DNA of 64,000 bases from Lapillicoccus sp. (GTDB lineage Bacteria; Actinomycetota; Actinomycetes; Actinomycetales; Dermatophilaceae): the NCBI RefSeq assembly GCF_025353065.1, contig NZ_JANXRJ010000031.1:18938-82937 (forward strand). Direction: 5' to 3'. The position numbers and the translations under genes are program-made. The notes below the pieces were generated by a model. The model saw only the letters and a program-made list of their open reading frames with translations. It was not told where the DNA came from and ran no database searches. This document shows, piece after piece, positions 30,094 through 39,747 of the stretch; the stretch's first letter is position 1, and every line of letters starts with the position of its first letter.

Positions 30094-31520
30094 TGTCCAC
30101 CCTCAGCAGCGGATCACTCAGCAGCCCGCAGGAGATCGTCGAGGCCGCCCTGTCGGCGGCGACCACCGACGGCACCATCGTCATCGTCACCGACCGGTCG
30201 GAGGCCAACCTCCGCTGGGCGAGCAGCTCCCTCACGACCAACGGGGAGATGGGGTCCCGGTCGGTGACCGTCATCTCGACCGTGGGCGTCGGCGGGGGCA
30301 CGGCGGCCGGGGTCGTCGGCGCGTCGATCGCGGACGTCGCCGACGTCCGTGCGCTCGTCGAGGCGGCCGAGGCGTCCGCCCGCGGCAGCGAGACGGCGGC
30401 CGACGCCGTGCCGCTCATCACTCCCGGCGAGGCCGGCTCCGGTTCCGACTTCAGCCTCGCGCCGGAGCCGACGAGCATCGGCGCCCTCGCGGGCCTCGCG
30501 CACGACCTCGGTGAGGTGTTTGCCGCGAGCGGGCCTGCACGACAGCACTTCGGCTTCGCCGAGCAGATCGTCGACACCACCTACCTCGGCTCGTCCACAG
30601 GGCTGCGGCTGCGGCACGTCCAGCCGACCGGCCGGCTCGAGATGAACGCCAAGAACGCCGACTGGTCGTCGTCCGCCTACCTCGGCTTCTCGGTGCGCGA
30701 CCCCTCCGAGGCCGACGCCTTGGCGGCCGACGCGCAGCTCGCCCAGCGACTCGGCTGGGCCGAGCGGTCGATCGACCTCCCCGCCGGCCGCTACGAGGCC
30801 ATCCTCCCGCCGACCTGCCTCGCCGACCTGCTCATCTACGCGACGTGGGAGGCCGAGGCCAAGTCGACCGACGAGGGTCGATCCGCCTACTCCCGCAAGG
30901 GAGGTGGCGCCCGCATCGGCGACCGGTTCGCCGCGCTGCCGCTCGACCTCTACAGCGACTCCGCGCACGCGGGCATCCAGTCGGCGCCCTTCGCCGTCGT
31001 GACCGCCTCGACCTCCTCGGCCTCCGTCTTCGACAACGGCCTCCCGCTCGGCCGCCAGGACATCCTGCGTGGCGGCGAGCTCGTCTCGCTCGCCGGCAGC
31101 CGTGCGTATGCCGCGACGGCTGCCGCCGCCGGCTCCGGCACCCCGGTGCACGCGTCCGGCGACAACCTCGTCTTCGAGCAGCCAGGCGCCATAGGGTCGC
31201 TCGACGATCTCGTCGCCTCGACCGAGCGCGGGCTGCTGCTCGCGACGATGTGGTACATCCGGGTCGTGGACCCCCAGACCCTCCTGCTCACGGGCCTCAC
31301 CCGCGACGGGATCTACCTCGTCGAGGGTGGCGAGGTGCAGGGCGCCGTCAACAACTTCCGCTGGAACGAGTCCCCCCTCGACGTCCTCGGCCGGATCACC
31401 GAGGTCGGCGCCAGCGAGCGCTGCTACCCCCGCGAGTGGGGTGACTACTTCACCCGGGCCGTCGTCCCACCCGTCCGCGTCGCCGACTACAACATGAGCA
31501 GCGTGAGCCAGGCCCGCTGA
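30093..31520 (+). CDS. TldD/PmbA-family protein (PmbA-like partner)
   Basis: ATGA-type overlap with the upstream gene (TGATG at 30091-30095); C-terminal GxGxxxxNFRWNES-like fold. Confidence 0.8.
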   Translation: MSTLSSGSLSSPQEIVEAALSAATTDGTIVIVTDRSEANLRWASSSLTTNGEMGSRSVTVISTVGVGGGTAAGVVGASIADVADVRALVEAAEASARGSETAADAVPLITPGEAGSGSDFSLAPEPTSIGALAGLAHDLGEVFAASGPARQHFGFAEQIVDTTYLGSSTGLRLRHVQPTGRLEMNAKNADWSSSAYLGFSVRDPSEADALAADAQLAQRLGWAERSIDLPAGRYEAILPPTCLADLLIYATWEAEAKSTDEGRSAYSRKGGGARIGDRFAALPLDLYSDSAHAGIQSAPFAVVTASTSSASVFDNGLPLGRQDILRGGELVSLAGSRAYAATAAAAGSGTPVHASGDNLVFEQPGAIGSLDDLVASTERGLLLATMWYIRVVDPQTLLLTGLTRDGIYLVEGGEVQGAVNNFRWNESPLDVLGRITEVGASERCYPREWGDYFTRAVVPPVRVADYNMSSVSQAR

Positions 31521-31700
31521 CGACCGAAAGCGTAGTCCGCAGCCCTGACTGCCGTCCTCTCCCTCAGCGGCGTCATCCCGGCGATCGCCGCGGTCCGCGC
31601 GCGTGTCCGACGACTGCGGTGGCAAGGAAGGTGACGATGCTGAGAACGACGAGGCGCGGGACCCGGCGTCGGCCGACGATCCGGTGCGCACGATCGCCCC

Positions 31701-32771
31701 CTAGACACCGAAGCGCCGACGCCGTGTCCGCGAGCGCCAGAGGTAGGTCAGCCCGGCGAGCACGAGCACCGCGACGGTCGGCCAGAGGCTGCGCGACCCG
31801 CGGCCCTCACTCGTCGTGAAGGTGAAGAAGGCCGCCGCGAGATACGTGAGGAGTCCGAACGCCAGGAGCCGCCAGTCGAATCCGTCGTTCCGGCCGAAGC
31901 CCGGCGGTGACGTCCGGCGGACCGCTCGGAAGCGCCACCACGGGATCACGAGGACGAAGACGAGGAGCAGGACGTTGAGCGCCAGACCCCACTCGAGGCC
32001 CTGGACGAGCAGGAGGGCCTGGAGCCCGGTCAGGAGCCAGAGTGCCCACCACGCACCGCGCAGCGACTTGACCAGGAGCGAGTCGACCATCGCGATCGCC
32101 TCGGCGTGCCGCGGATCGCGCCGCACCGCCTCGTGGAACTTCGCCGCCTCTGCTGCGGCGCTCAGCGTGGGCTCGGCCTGCGCGAGGAGGTAGGCCGCTT
32201 CGGCGTTGTCCGGGTCGACTTCGAGGACCTTGCGGACCGACGTGAGGACCTCCTCGCGCGCCACGTCGTCGAACGGGTTGAGCCGGCGGTACTGGATGGT
32301 TGCCCTGAGCAGCAACGCATCTGGGTCGTTGGGGGCCAGCGCAACGGCCTGCAGCACCGCGGCATACGCCTCGCCGTAGTGGACGACACTCATCGCCTCC
32401 AGACCGGCCGCCCGCATGAAGTGGACGGCGGCGTCGTGGGGCGCGAGCTCGACGGCCCGGGCGAGGAGCGCCTTGGCCTCGTCCCACGTCCTGCGGCTGG
32501 CGACCAGGGCGTGCGCGAGCAGGATGACGAGGTGGACGTCGTCCGGCGCGAGGGCCACCGCCCGTCGGGCGAGCACGAGGCCCTCCCGACGGTGCACCCG
32601 TCCGCCGACCCGCAGGTGGGCCCGAGCCAGGTCGCCGAGCAGCCGCGGGTCGTCGGGGTGACTCCCGACCAGGGGACCGAGGAGGGTGAGCACCTCGCCG
32701 TGACGACCGAGGTCGCCCAGCGCCGCAGCCCTGGCGACCGTCGCCCGCAAGGCCTCGTCGTCCCCTGACAC
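31701..32771 (-). CDS. TPR-repeat protein with a C-terminal multi-TM anchor
   Basis: Repeated A-x-x-L-x-x-A-L-x-L-x-P-D TPR patterns, then about 4 TM helices; GTG 32771 preferred over ATG 32870. Confidence 0.6.
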   Translation of the reverse strand: MSGDDEALRATVARAAALGDLGRHGEVLTLLGPLVGSHPDDPRLLGDLARAHLRVGGRVHRREGLVLARRAVALAPDDVHLVILLAHALVASRRTWDEAKALLARAVELAPHDAAVHFMRAAGLEAMSVVHYGEAYAAVLQAVALAPNDPDALLLRATIQYRRLNPFDDVAREEVLTSVRKVLEVDPDNAEAAYLLAQAEPTLSAAAEAAKFHEAVRRDPRHAEAIAMVDSLLVKSLRGAWWALWLLTGLQALLLVQGLEWGLALNVLLLVFVLVIPWWRFRAVRRTSPPGFGRNDGFDWRLLAFGLLTYLAAAFFTFTTSEGRGSRSLWPTVAVLVLAGLTYLWRSRTRRRRFGV

Positions 32772-32838
32772 GCGAAGAATGCTACCTGCTGTACCGGAGG
32801 ATGCGCCGACCTCGTGCGAGGGGTGAGAGGCTCGGCGA

Positions 32839-33351
32839 ATGACCGTCGACCCCGCCGTCCCTCGCCCCACGCGGGCCCTCGGCGTCGACCTCGCCGCGCC
32901 CGTCGACGACCGCTACTTCGAGGACTACGTGCCTGGCGGCGTCCACGAGTGGGGCTACGTCACGATGACCGAGGACGAGATCGTCGCGTTCGCCACGCGC
33001 TACGACCCCCAGCCGATCCACACCGACCCCGGCTGGGCCGCGACGGGGCCCTTCGGCGGCCTCATCGCCAGCGGCTGGCACACCTCGGCCGAGGGGATGC
33101 GCCTCTTCGTCGAGCACTACGTCTCGCACGTCGCCGGGCTCGCCTCACCGGGCATGGACGAGCTGCGCTGGCCGAGACCCGTGCGTCCGGGCGATGTCCT
33201 TCGCGCGCGCGTCACGATCCTCGAGGCCCGCGTCTCGGGGTCGCGACCCGATCGCGGCATCGTCACCAGCGGGCTCGAGCTGCTCAACCAGGACGACGAG
33301 CACGTGTTCACCGTGCGGGCAGTCAACTTCTTCGGCCGGCGACCCGCCTGA
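32839..33351 (+). CDS. MaoC-like (R)-hydratase/dehydratase
   Basis: YDPQPIHTDP..GGLIASGWHT hot-dog motif. Confidence 0.85.
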   Translation: MTVDPAVPRPTRALGVDLAAPVDDRYFEDYVPGGVHEWGYVTMTEDEIVAFATRYDPQPIHTDPGWAATGPFGGLIASGWHTSAEGMRLFVEHYVSHVAGLASPGMDELRWPRPVRPGDVLRARVTILEARVSGSRPDRGIVTSGLELLNQDDEHVFTVRAVNFFGRRPA

Positions 33352-33358
33352 CCACGAC

Positions 33359-33402
33359 GTCCGCACCGTCGGCACACCGGTGTCGCGTCGGCGCGGACGC
33401 AA
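33359..33402. repeat. REP-like imperfect palindrome, copy 1 (core ggcacaccggtgtcgcgtcggcgcggacgcaa)
   Basis: 33 of its nt match copy 2 at 46591-46623 with one mismatch; centred on ACACCGGTGT. Confidence 0.85.
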
Positions 33403-33405
33403 ACG

Positions 33406-35136
33406 GTGGCCTGCGCTACGTTCGGACGCGTGACTGCAGACGCCATCGCCACCAGCGCTCCCACCCGCCGGCCCACGGCGGTCGACGCCATCGCCGACGC
33501 CCACTTCGACGAGGTCATCGCCCTCAGCCCGATCGCGGCGACGGACTACGGCATCCCCGGGCACGAGGAGGACCTCGACGACTTCTCCCCCGCCGGCATC
33601 GCGGCCCAGTCCCACCTGCGTCAGGCCACCCTGGGCCAGCTCGCGATCGCGACCCCCGTCGACGACATCGACCGCGTCACGATCGCCGCGATGACCGAGC
33701 GGCTCGGCCTCGCCGAGGAGGTGTATGCCGCGGGCCTGGAGGAGATGGCCCTCAACGTCATCGCCTCCCCCCTGCAGGGCATCCGCGCCGTGTTCGACCT
33801 GATGCCCCAGGACACCGACGCGCACTGGTCGACGATCGCCACCCGGCTGACCAAGGTGCCGCAGGCGCTGGCGGGCTATCGCGAGTCGCTCCTCGCCGCG
33901 AAGGCCGCCCGCCACGTCGCCCCACAGCGGCAGGTCAACGCCTGCATCGACCAGATCGACGTGCTCGTCGCCGACGACGGCTACTTCGCCGGGCTCGTGG
34001 CCGGCGCCCGGTCGGGCCCGGCCGACCTCGACCCGGCGGCGGCGGCGGACCTCGCCGAGGCGGCGGACGGCGCGGCCGCGGCATACCGGGAGCTGGGGGT
34101 GTTCCTGCGCGACGAGCTGCTGCCCGTCGCCCCGGCGGCCGACGCCTGCGGGCGCGAGCGCTATGCCCTGCTGTCACGCCAGTTCGTCGGGGTCACCCTC
34201 GACCTCGAGGATGCCTATCGCTGGGGCCAGCAGGAGGTCTCGCTGCTCGACGCCCAGATGCACGAGGTGGCCGAGCGGATCCGGCCGGGCGCGACGGTCA
34301 AGGAGGCCATCGCCCTCCTCGACGACGACCCGGCATACCGCCTCGAGGGCACCGCCGCTCTGCGGGACTGGATGCAGGGCAAGGCCGACCAGGTCATCGC
34401 CGACCTCGCCGACGTCCACTTCGACATCCCCGGCCCGGTGCGCCAGATCGAGTGCCTGATCGCGCCGACCGAGACGGGCGGCATCTACTACACCGGACCC
34501 TCCGACGACTTCAGCCGCCCGGGCCGGATGTGGTGGTCGGTGCCCAAGGGCGTGACCAGCTTCGGCACGTGGAAAGAGCTGACGACCGTCTACCACGAGG
34601 GCGTCCCGGGTCACCACCTCCAGGTCGCCCAGACGATCTACCGCGCCCAGCTGCTCAACAAGTGGCGGCGCCTCGAGGCCTGGACCTCCGGTCACGGCGA
34701 GGGCTGGGCCCTGTATGCCGAGCGGCTGATGGCCGAGCTCGGCTACCTGGACGACCCCGGCAACCGGATGGGCTGGCTCGACGGGCAGTCGCTGCGGGCC
34801 GCCCGTGTCGTCATCGACATCGGCGTGCACTGCGGCTTCGACGCACCGGACGAGGTCGGTGGGGGGGCGTGGACCTACGACAAGGCGTGGGACTACCTGT
34901 GCGCCCACGCCAACCAGGGCGAGGCGTGGCTGCGCTTCGAGCTCGACCGCTACCTCGGCTGGCCGGGCCAGGCTCCGTCCTACAAGATCGGCGAGCGGCT
35001 CTGGCTGCAGCTGCGCGAGGAGGTGAAGGCCCGCGAGGGCGACCGCTTCGACCTCAAGGCGTTCCACCGCCGCGCGCTCGACATCGGGGGCGTCGGACTC
35101 GACACCCTGCGCGAGGCCGTGCTCGGCGAGCTCTGA
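33406..35136 (+). CDS. DUF885 family protein (putative metallopeptidase-like)
   Basis: YHEGVPGHHLQ motif; start may be GTG 33430. Confidence 0.8.
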   Translation: MACATFGRVTADAIATSAPTRRPTAVDAIADAHFDEVIALSPIAATDYGIPGHEEDLDDFSPAGIAAQSHLRQATLGQLAIATPVDDIDRVTIAAMTERLGLAEEVYAAGLEEMALNVIASPLQGIRAVFDLMPQDTDAHWSTIATRLTKVPQALAGYRESLLAAKAARHVAPQRQVNACIDQIDVLVADDGYFAGLVAGARSGPADLDPAAAADLAEAADGAAAAYRELGVFLRDELLPVAPAADACGRERYALLSRQFVGVTLDLEDAYRWGQQEVSLLDAQMHEVAERIRPGATVKEAIALLDDDPAYRLEGTAALRDWMQGKADQVIADLADVHFDIPGPVRQIECLIAPTETGGIYYTGPSDDFSRPGRMWWSVPKGVTSFGTWKELTTVYHEGVPGHHLQVAQTIYRAQLLNKWRRLEAWTSGHGEGWALYAERLMAELGYLDDPGNRMGWLDGQSLRAARVVIDIGVHCGFDAPDEVGGGAWTYDKAWDYLCAHANQGEAWLRFELDRYLGWPGQAPSYKIGERLWLQLREEVKAREGDRFDLKAFHRRALDIGGVGLDTLREAVLGEL

Positions 35137-35169
35137 CCCGGCGGCGGCCAGGCCTGAAAGGATGGGCGC

Positions 35170-37038
35170 GTGATCCCCGCCCTCGTGCTCGTCTCCATCG
35201 CGGGACTCGTCGTCATCGTCGCCGCGGGCGCCAGCCGGATGCGTGCCTCGGCCCCCCTGCTCCTCACTGCCGTGGGCGTCGGACTGTCGTTCATCCCCGC
35301 GATCCCGGACTACCAGGTCACCCCGGAGATCATCCTCTTCGGCATCCTCCCGCCGCTGCTCTACTCCGCGTCGATCCGCACCTCGCTCGTCGACCTCGGC
35401 GCCAACCGACGGGTCATCGGACTGCTCTCCGTCGGACTCGTCGTCTTCACTGCCTTCGGCGTGGCGCTCCTGGTCTGGAAGCTGCTCGACGTGCCCTTCG
35501 CCGCGGCCCTCGCGCTCGGTGGGGTGGTCGCCCCGCCCGACGCCGTGGCGGCGACCGCGGTCGCCCGCAAGATCGGGCTGCCCCGCCGCCTCGTCACCAT
35601 CCTCGAGGGTGAGTCGCTCTTCAACGACGCGACGGCGCTCGTCACCGTCCGAGCGGCGATCCTCGGGATCGCCGGGACCGTCACCGTCGCCCAGGTCGGC
35701 GGCGACTTCCTCATCGCCGTCGTCGGCGGGTTGGCCGTCGGTGTCATCGTGGCCTCCCTCGTCGGTCAGATCCGCAAGCGGGTCACCACGACGACCACCG
35801 ACACGGCGATCTCCTTCATGGCCCCGTGGATCGCCTACCTGCCCGCGGAGTCCATCGAGGCCTCGGGGGTCCTCGCCGTGGTCGTCGCCGGCGTCCTCCT
35901 GGGGCACAAGGCCCCGATCATCCAGTCGGCCCAGTCGCGGACCGCCGAGCGGATCAACTGGACGACGATCCAGTACCTCCTCGAGAACGCCGTCTTCCTC
36001 ATCATCGGGCTCCAGGCCCACCTCATCGTGATGACCGTCAAGAGCTCGACCTTCGGTCTCGGTCCGTCGATCGGGTTGGCGCTCCTCGTGCTGCTCGCCG
36101 TCATGCTGCTGCGCCCGATCTGGATCTTCGCGGTCGGTGGCCTGCTCTCCCTGTCGCCGGGCGTGACGTTCGACCGGGCCTACGTCAAGCGCTCACTCGT
36201 CCTGTCGTGGGCGGGGATGCGGGGCGTGGTGACACTGGCGGCGGCCTTCCTCCTACCGGTCAGCACCCCGCACCGCGACACGCTGGTGTTCATCGCCCTC
36301 GTCGTGACCGTCGGCACCCTGCTCATCCAGGGCCTCACCCTCCCCTACCTCGCCCGGGCCCTCGACATCCACGGGCCCGACCCCCGCGAGGACGCGCTCC
36401 AGTCGGCGACGGTCCTCCAGCGGGCGGTGGCTCGGGGCAACGCCACGCTGGAGGAGGCCATCGGCCCCGACACGCCCACCGAGATCGTCGACCAGCTGCG
36501 CTTCCTCGGCCAGCGCCGCACCGACCTCGCCTGGGAACGTCTCGGCGTCGACCGGGACGACGTGCCGAGCCCCAACGAGGTCTACCGCCGGCTCCGGCGC
36601 ACGATGCTGGTGGCGGAGCGCGAGGAGGTGCTCCGGCTGCGCGACACCGGCACCATCGACCACGAGGTCCTCGACGAGGTGATGCGCTCGCTCGACCTCG
36701 AGGAGTCGATGCTCGCGGGCGTCGAGGCCCGTAACGAGCGCCTCCAGGACCGGCTGATCCTCACCCCCGAGCCCCAGCGTGGCGACTGCCAGCACCTCCA
36801 GGACTCCTCCACCCGCATCGAGCCGAAGCACCCCGACCGGTGCGAGGACTGCGTGCGGGAGGGCCTCACCTGGGTGCACCTGCGGATGTGCCTGACCTGC
36901 GGCAACGTCGGCTGCTGCGACTCCTCGATCGGCAAGCACGCCGACCGGCACTACGCCGAGGTCCAGCACCCGGTGATGCGCAGCATCGAGCCCGGCGAGG
37001 CCTGGCGCTGGTGCTACGTCGACGAGCTGCTCGGCTGA
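35170..37038 (+). CDS. CPA1-type Na+/H+ antiporter fused to a C-terminal UBP-type zinc finger
   Basis: About 12 TM helices with ESLFNDATALV; C-terminal CEDCVREGLTWVHLRMCLTCGNVGCCDSSIGKHADRHY..WRWCYVDE. Confidence 0.85.
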   Translation: MIPALVLVSIAGLVVIVAAGASRMRASAPLLLTAVGVGLSFIPAIPDYQVTPEIILFGILPPLLYSASIRTSLVDLGANRRVIGLLSVGLVVFTAFGVALLVWKLLDVPFAAALALGGVVAPPDAVAATAVARKIGLPRRLVTILEGESLFNDATALVTVRAAILGIAGTVTVAQVGGDFLIAVVGGLAVGVIVASLVGQIRKRVTTTTTDTAISFMAPWIAYLPAESIEASGVLAVVVAGVLLGHKAPIIQSAQSRTAERINWTTIQYLLENAVFLIIGLQAHLIVMTVKSSTFGLGPSIGLALLVLLAVMLLRPIWIFAVGGLLSLSPGVTFDRAYVKRSLVLSWAGMRGVVTLAAAFLLPVSTPHRDTLVFIALVVTVGTLLIQGLTLPYLARALDIHGPDPREDALQSATVLQRAVARGNATLEEAIGPDTPTEIVDQLRFLGQRRTDLAWERLGVDRDDVPSPNEVYRRLRRTMLVAEREEVLRLRDTGTIDHEVLDEVMRSLDLEESMLAGVEARNERLQDRLILTPEPQRGDCQHLQDSSTRIEPKHPDRCEDCVREGLTWVHLRMCLTCGNVGCCDSSIGKHADRHYAEVQHPVMRSIEPGEAWRWCYVDELLG

Positions 37039-37148
37039 CCGACGCGGCATACCCCCCACTTGGTGCGGTGAGATCCGCGTCTGGCGGGGTCGATGCCCGG
37101 ATTGCCCGGATCCAACCGCAACACGTCGGGGTCTGGCGGGTGCCGGGG

Positions 37149-37502
37149 TCAGGGGCCGCCGGAGAGTGCGTAGCCGGTCACCTGACCGTCCGCCAGCACC
37201 TGGATCACCGTCAGTGCGCTTCCGGGGATGGGTGCCGTCGCATAGATCGCCCCTCCACCGGAGGTCAGGCCGGAGAGCGTGGACCCCGGGGCGAGCCCGG
37301 CCAAGACCGAGCCGCGGAGGTAGCTCCGGTCATCGAACTGGATCTTCGGAGGCGCAGCCGAGGGCTTCAGTCGCCACTCCCAGGTGTCCGCGTGGACGGA
37401 CACCATCCGCGCGCCGGCCACGACCGCCAGCACCAGGACGACGAGGACACCCACGGCCAGGACCGCGGGTCGGATCTCCCGAGGTCGCGCGTGGGCCGTC
37501 AT
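37149..37502 (-). CDS. small membrane-anchored hypothetical protein
   Basis: ATG 37502; a single N-terminal TM helix, then a ~85-aa extracytoplasmic domain. Confidence 0.5.
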   Translation of the reverse strand: MTAHARPREIRPAVLAVGVLVVLVLAVVAGARMVSVHADTWEWRLKPSAAPPKIQFDDRSYLRGSVLAGLAPGSTLSGLTSGGGAIYATAPIPGSALTVIQVLADGQVTGYALSGGP

Positions 37503-37532
37503 GACCTGACGATAGCGGCGCGCGGCGCACCG

Positions 37533-37560
37533 GACGCGGCATACGGGACGCGGCATACGG
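37533..37560. repeat. 14-bp perfect tandem duplication (gacgcggcatacgg x2), each unit containing the CGGCATAC octamer
   Basis: Read directly; an inverted octamer copy lies at 37584-37591. Confidence 0.9.
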
Positions 37561-37612
37561 GACGCAGCACCGGTACGAGTCCGGTATGCCGGGGGCTCTA
37601 GGCTCGCCGACC

Positions 37613-38266
37613 ATGACCGCCGCCCGTGTCCGACTCGTCCTCGCGTCCAGCTCCCCCGCCCGCCTGACCCTCCTGCGGGCCGCGGGCATCCAGCCCACCG
37701 TGGTCGTGAGCGACGTCGACGAGGCAGCGGCCGTCGCGGCGGCACGCGAGGCCTACGGCGCGCTCGAGCCGGCCGACATCGCGCTGCTGCTGGCCCGGGC
37801 GAAGTGCGAGGCCGTCGCCGTCGACACCACCGACTCGACCCTGGTCATCGGCTGCGACTCCCTCCTCGAGCTCGACGGCGAGGTGCACGGCAAGCCGGTC
37901 GACGCGGCCGAGGCCGTCGCCCGCTGGACCGCCATGCGCGGGCGCTCCGGCATCCTCCACACCGGGCACTGGCTCCGGGACGAGCGGGACACCGATGACG
38001 AGGGCACCGCGGCCACGCTCGGGGCGACGGTCTCGACGACGGTCCACTTCGCCGACCTGACCGACCTCGAGATCGCGGCCTACGTCGCGACGGGCGAACC
38101 GCTCGCCGTAGCCGGCGCGTTCACCATCGACGGTCTCGGCGGCGCGTTCGTGACCGGCATCGAGGGCGACCACCACGCCGTCGTGGGGCTGTCGCTGCCG
38201 ATGCTGCGCGAGCTGCTGATCGAGATCGGCGTCAGCTGGTTCGACCTCGTCGCGACGGCCGACTGA
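37613..38266 (+). CDS. maf: Maf-like nucleoside triphosphate pyrophosphatase
   Basis: LVLASSSPARLTLL..GCDS..AGAFTIDGLG motifs. Confidence 0.85.
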   Translation: MTAARVRLVLASSSPARLTLLRAAGIQPTVVVSDVDEAAAVAAAREAYGALEPADIALLLARAKCEAVAVDTTDSTLVIGCDSLLELDGEVHGKPVDAAEAVARWTAMRGRSGILHTGHWLRDERDTDDEGTAATLGATVSTTVHFADLTDLEIAAYVATGEPLAVAGAFTIDGLGGAFVTGIEGDHHAVVGLSLPMLRELLIEIGVSWFDLVATAD

Positions 38267-38283
38267 GCGGGGGACGTCCCCGC

Positions 38284-39681
38284 TCAGGGGAAGGCGATCT
38301 GTCCCGTGAGGTGCGTGACGAGGATGAAGTTGTCGATGTACCAGGCCTGTTGGGCGATGCCGAGCACCGCGATCCCGCACAGCAGGACGACCCGCCAGCG
38401 CCGCCACGGACGCAGCCCGAGGAACCAGGCAATGAGCAGGGTGAAGGGGAAGGCGAGGATGGCGTAGCGCAGCCGGGAGAACCCGGGGTTGGTCACGAGC
38501 AGCTGGTATGCCGGGTAGGCCCCCGCCCAGCCCCAGATCTCCGGCCCCCAGCGCCAGGTCCGGTGGGTGAGCATGAACCACGCGAACACGCCCAGCGCGA
38601 CGACCCCGGCCACGGCGCCGATCCAGCCGTAGGCGAGCAGCAGGTAGTCCCACCAGGATCGGAGCTGGATGGCGCTGCTGACCCGCCAGGCGACGAGGGT
38701 CTGGCTGTAGGCGTTGGGCACCCCGGTCACCAGAGCGATGACGCCGGGCCAGAGGGCGAAGAGCGCACCGGAGAACGCCGCGAGCGCGATGAGTGCGCCC
38801 TTGGTCCAACGCGAGAGGTCCTGCTCCTGGTGCCACCGCACGACCAGGTGGGCGATGATCACCGGCGCCATCGCGGCCACGACGTTGCGGCTGAGGGCCA
38901 GCACCACGAGGAGGCCGGCCACCCACCAGTAGTGGCGGGCCCGCAGCTGCGTGAGCAGGACGGCCACGAGCAGGAGCGCCAGCGACTCGGTGTAGGTCGC
39001 CTGCAGGATCGGCGCGGAGATGAAGGTGCACAGGCCGACGACGGTGACGACCGCCTCCCACCGGCCCACGGTGCGGTCGACGAGTCGGAAGAGGACCACC
39101 ATGGCCGCGGCGCCGAGGAGCATCGAGAGCAGGCCACCGGCGACGTAGAAGCTCAGTCCGGTCAGCCGCATGATCCCGCCGACCGCCATGGGATAGACGG
39201 GGAAGAAGGCCCACGGGTTCATGTCGATGGAGCCGTCGATCACCCGGGGCAGGACGGTCGGGTAACCGTGGGTGGCGATCTCCTGATACCACTGGCCGTC
39301 CCAGTTGCCCATGACCGTCCAGTAGCCCGGTGCGGGCTCGGTCGGGAACATGATCCGCAAGATCCCGTTGGACGCCGGCAGCCCGAGCTGCGACCCCTGG
39401 GTGACCATGACGATGCCGGCCGTGATGAGCCGGGTCAGCGCGAAGACGGCGAGGGGGAACCACAGTCCGAACCGGCGCCACCAGGCGGGCTCGGCCAGGG
39501 CCGCGGGAGCGGTGTCGATCTCGGCGTACGGTCGGCCGACGTTCTCGAGGTTGCGCTCGATCGCCCCCCTGACCCAACGGCGGGCCCGCTCGCCGCGTGA
39601 CCCCGACGACTCCGGATCGGACGCCTCACGCGCGTCCGGGTCGGTCGTGACGGTGGTGATGGCAGGCTCCTCGGTGATCAC
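38284..39681 (-). CDS. integral-membrane glycosyltransferase (PIG-V-like mannosyltransferase family)
   Basis: More than 10 TM helices; WDGQWYQEIATHGY motif; GTG start. Confidence 0.65.
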   Translation of the reverse strand: MITEEPAITTVTTDPDAREASDPESSGSRGERARRWVRGAIERNLENVGRPYAEIDTAPAALAEPAWWRRFGLWFPLAVFALTRLITAGIVMVTQGSQLGLPASNGILRIMFPTEPAPGYWTVMGNWDGQWYQEIATHGYPTVLPRVIDGSIDMNPWAFFPVYPMAVGGIMRLTGLSFYVAGGLLSMLLGAAAMVVLFRLVDRTVGRWEAVVTVVGLCTFISAPILQATYTESLALLLVAVLLTQLRARHYWWVAGLLVVLALSRNVVAAMAPVIIAHLVVRWHQEQDLSRWTKGALIALAAFSGALFALWPGVIALVTGVPNAYSQTLVAWRVSSAIQLRSWWDYLLLAYGWIGAVAGVVALGVFAWFMLTHRTWRWGPEIWGWAGAYPAYQLLVTNPGFSRLRYAILAFPFTLLIAWFLGLRPWRRWRVVLLCGIAVLGIAQQAWYIDNFILVTHLTGQIAFP

Positions 39682-39747
39682 AGGTCGTGGCGGCCCCCAG
39701 CGTACGTCGACCGGCTGTCCTGGCCAGTCCCCGCGACAGCGGTCGGG

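Noticed and set aside
31521-31700. Small TM-like frame (..RRRVPRLVVLSIVTFLATAVVGH..) on the minus strand in the PmbA-TPR convergent gap
   Set aside because: There is no in-frame ATG, GTG or TTG start between the upstream TPR stop and the hydrophobic segment.
32814-35612. 932-aa + strand ORF
   Set aside because: It is an alternative frame of the MaoC, DUF885 and antiporter genes. It has extreme Arg/Pro/Gly content and low third-position GC relative to the called frames.
37598-39600. Long ORFs 37598..39577 (-) and 38311..39600 (+)
   Set aside because: They are alternative or antisense frames of maf and the membrane glycosyltransferase, with no protein-like features.
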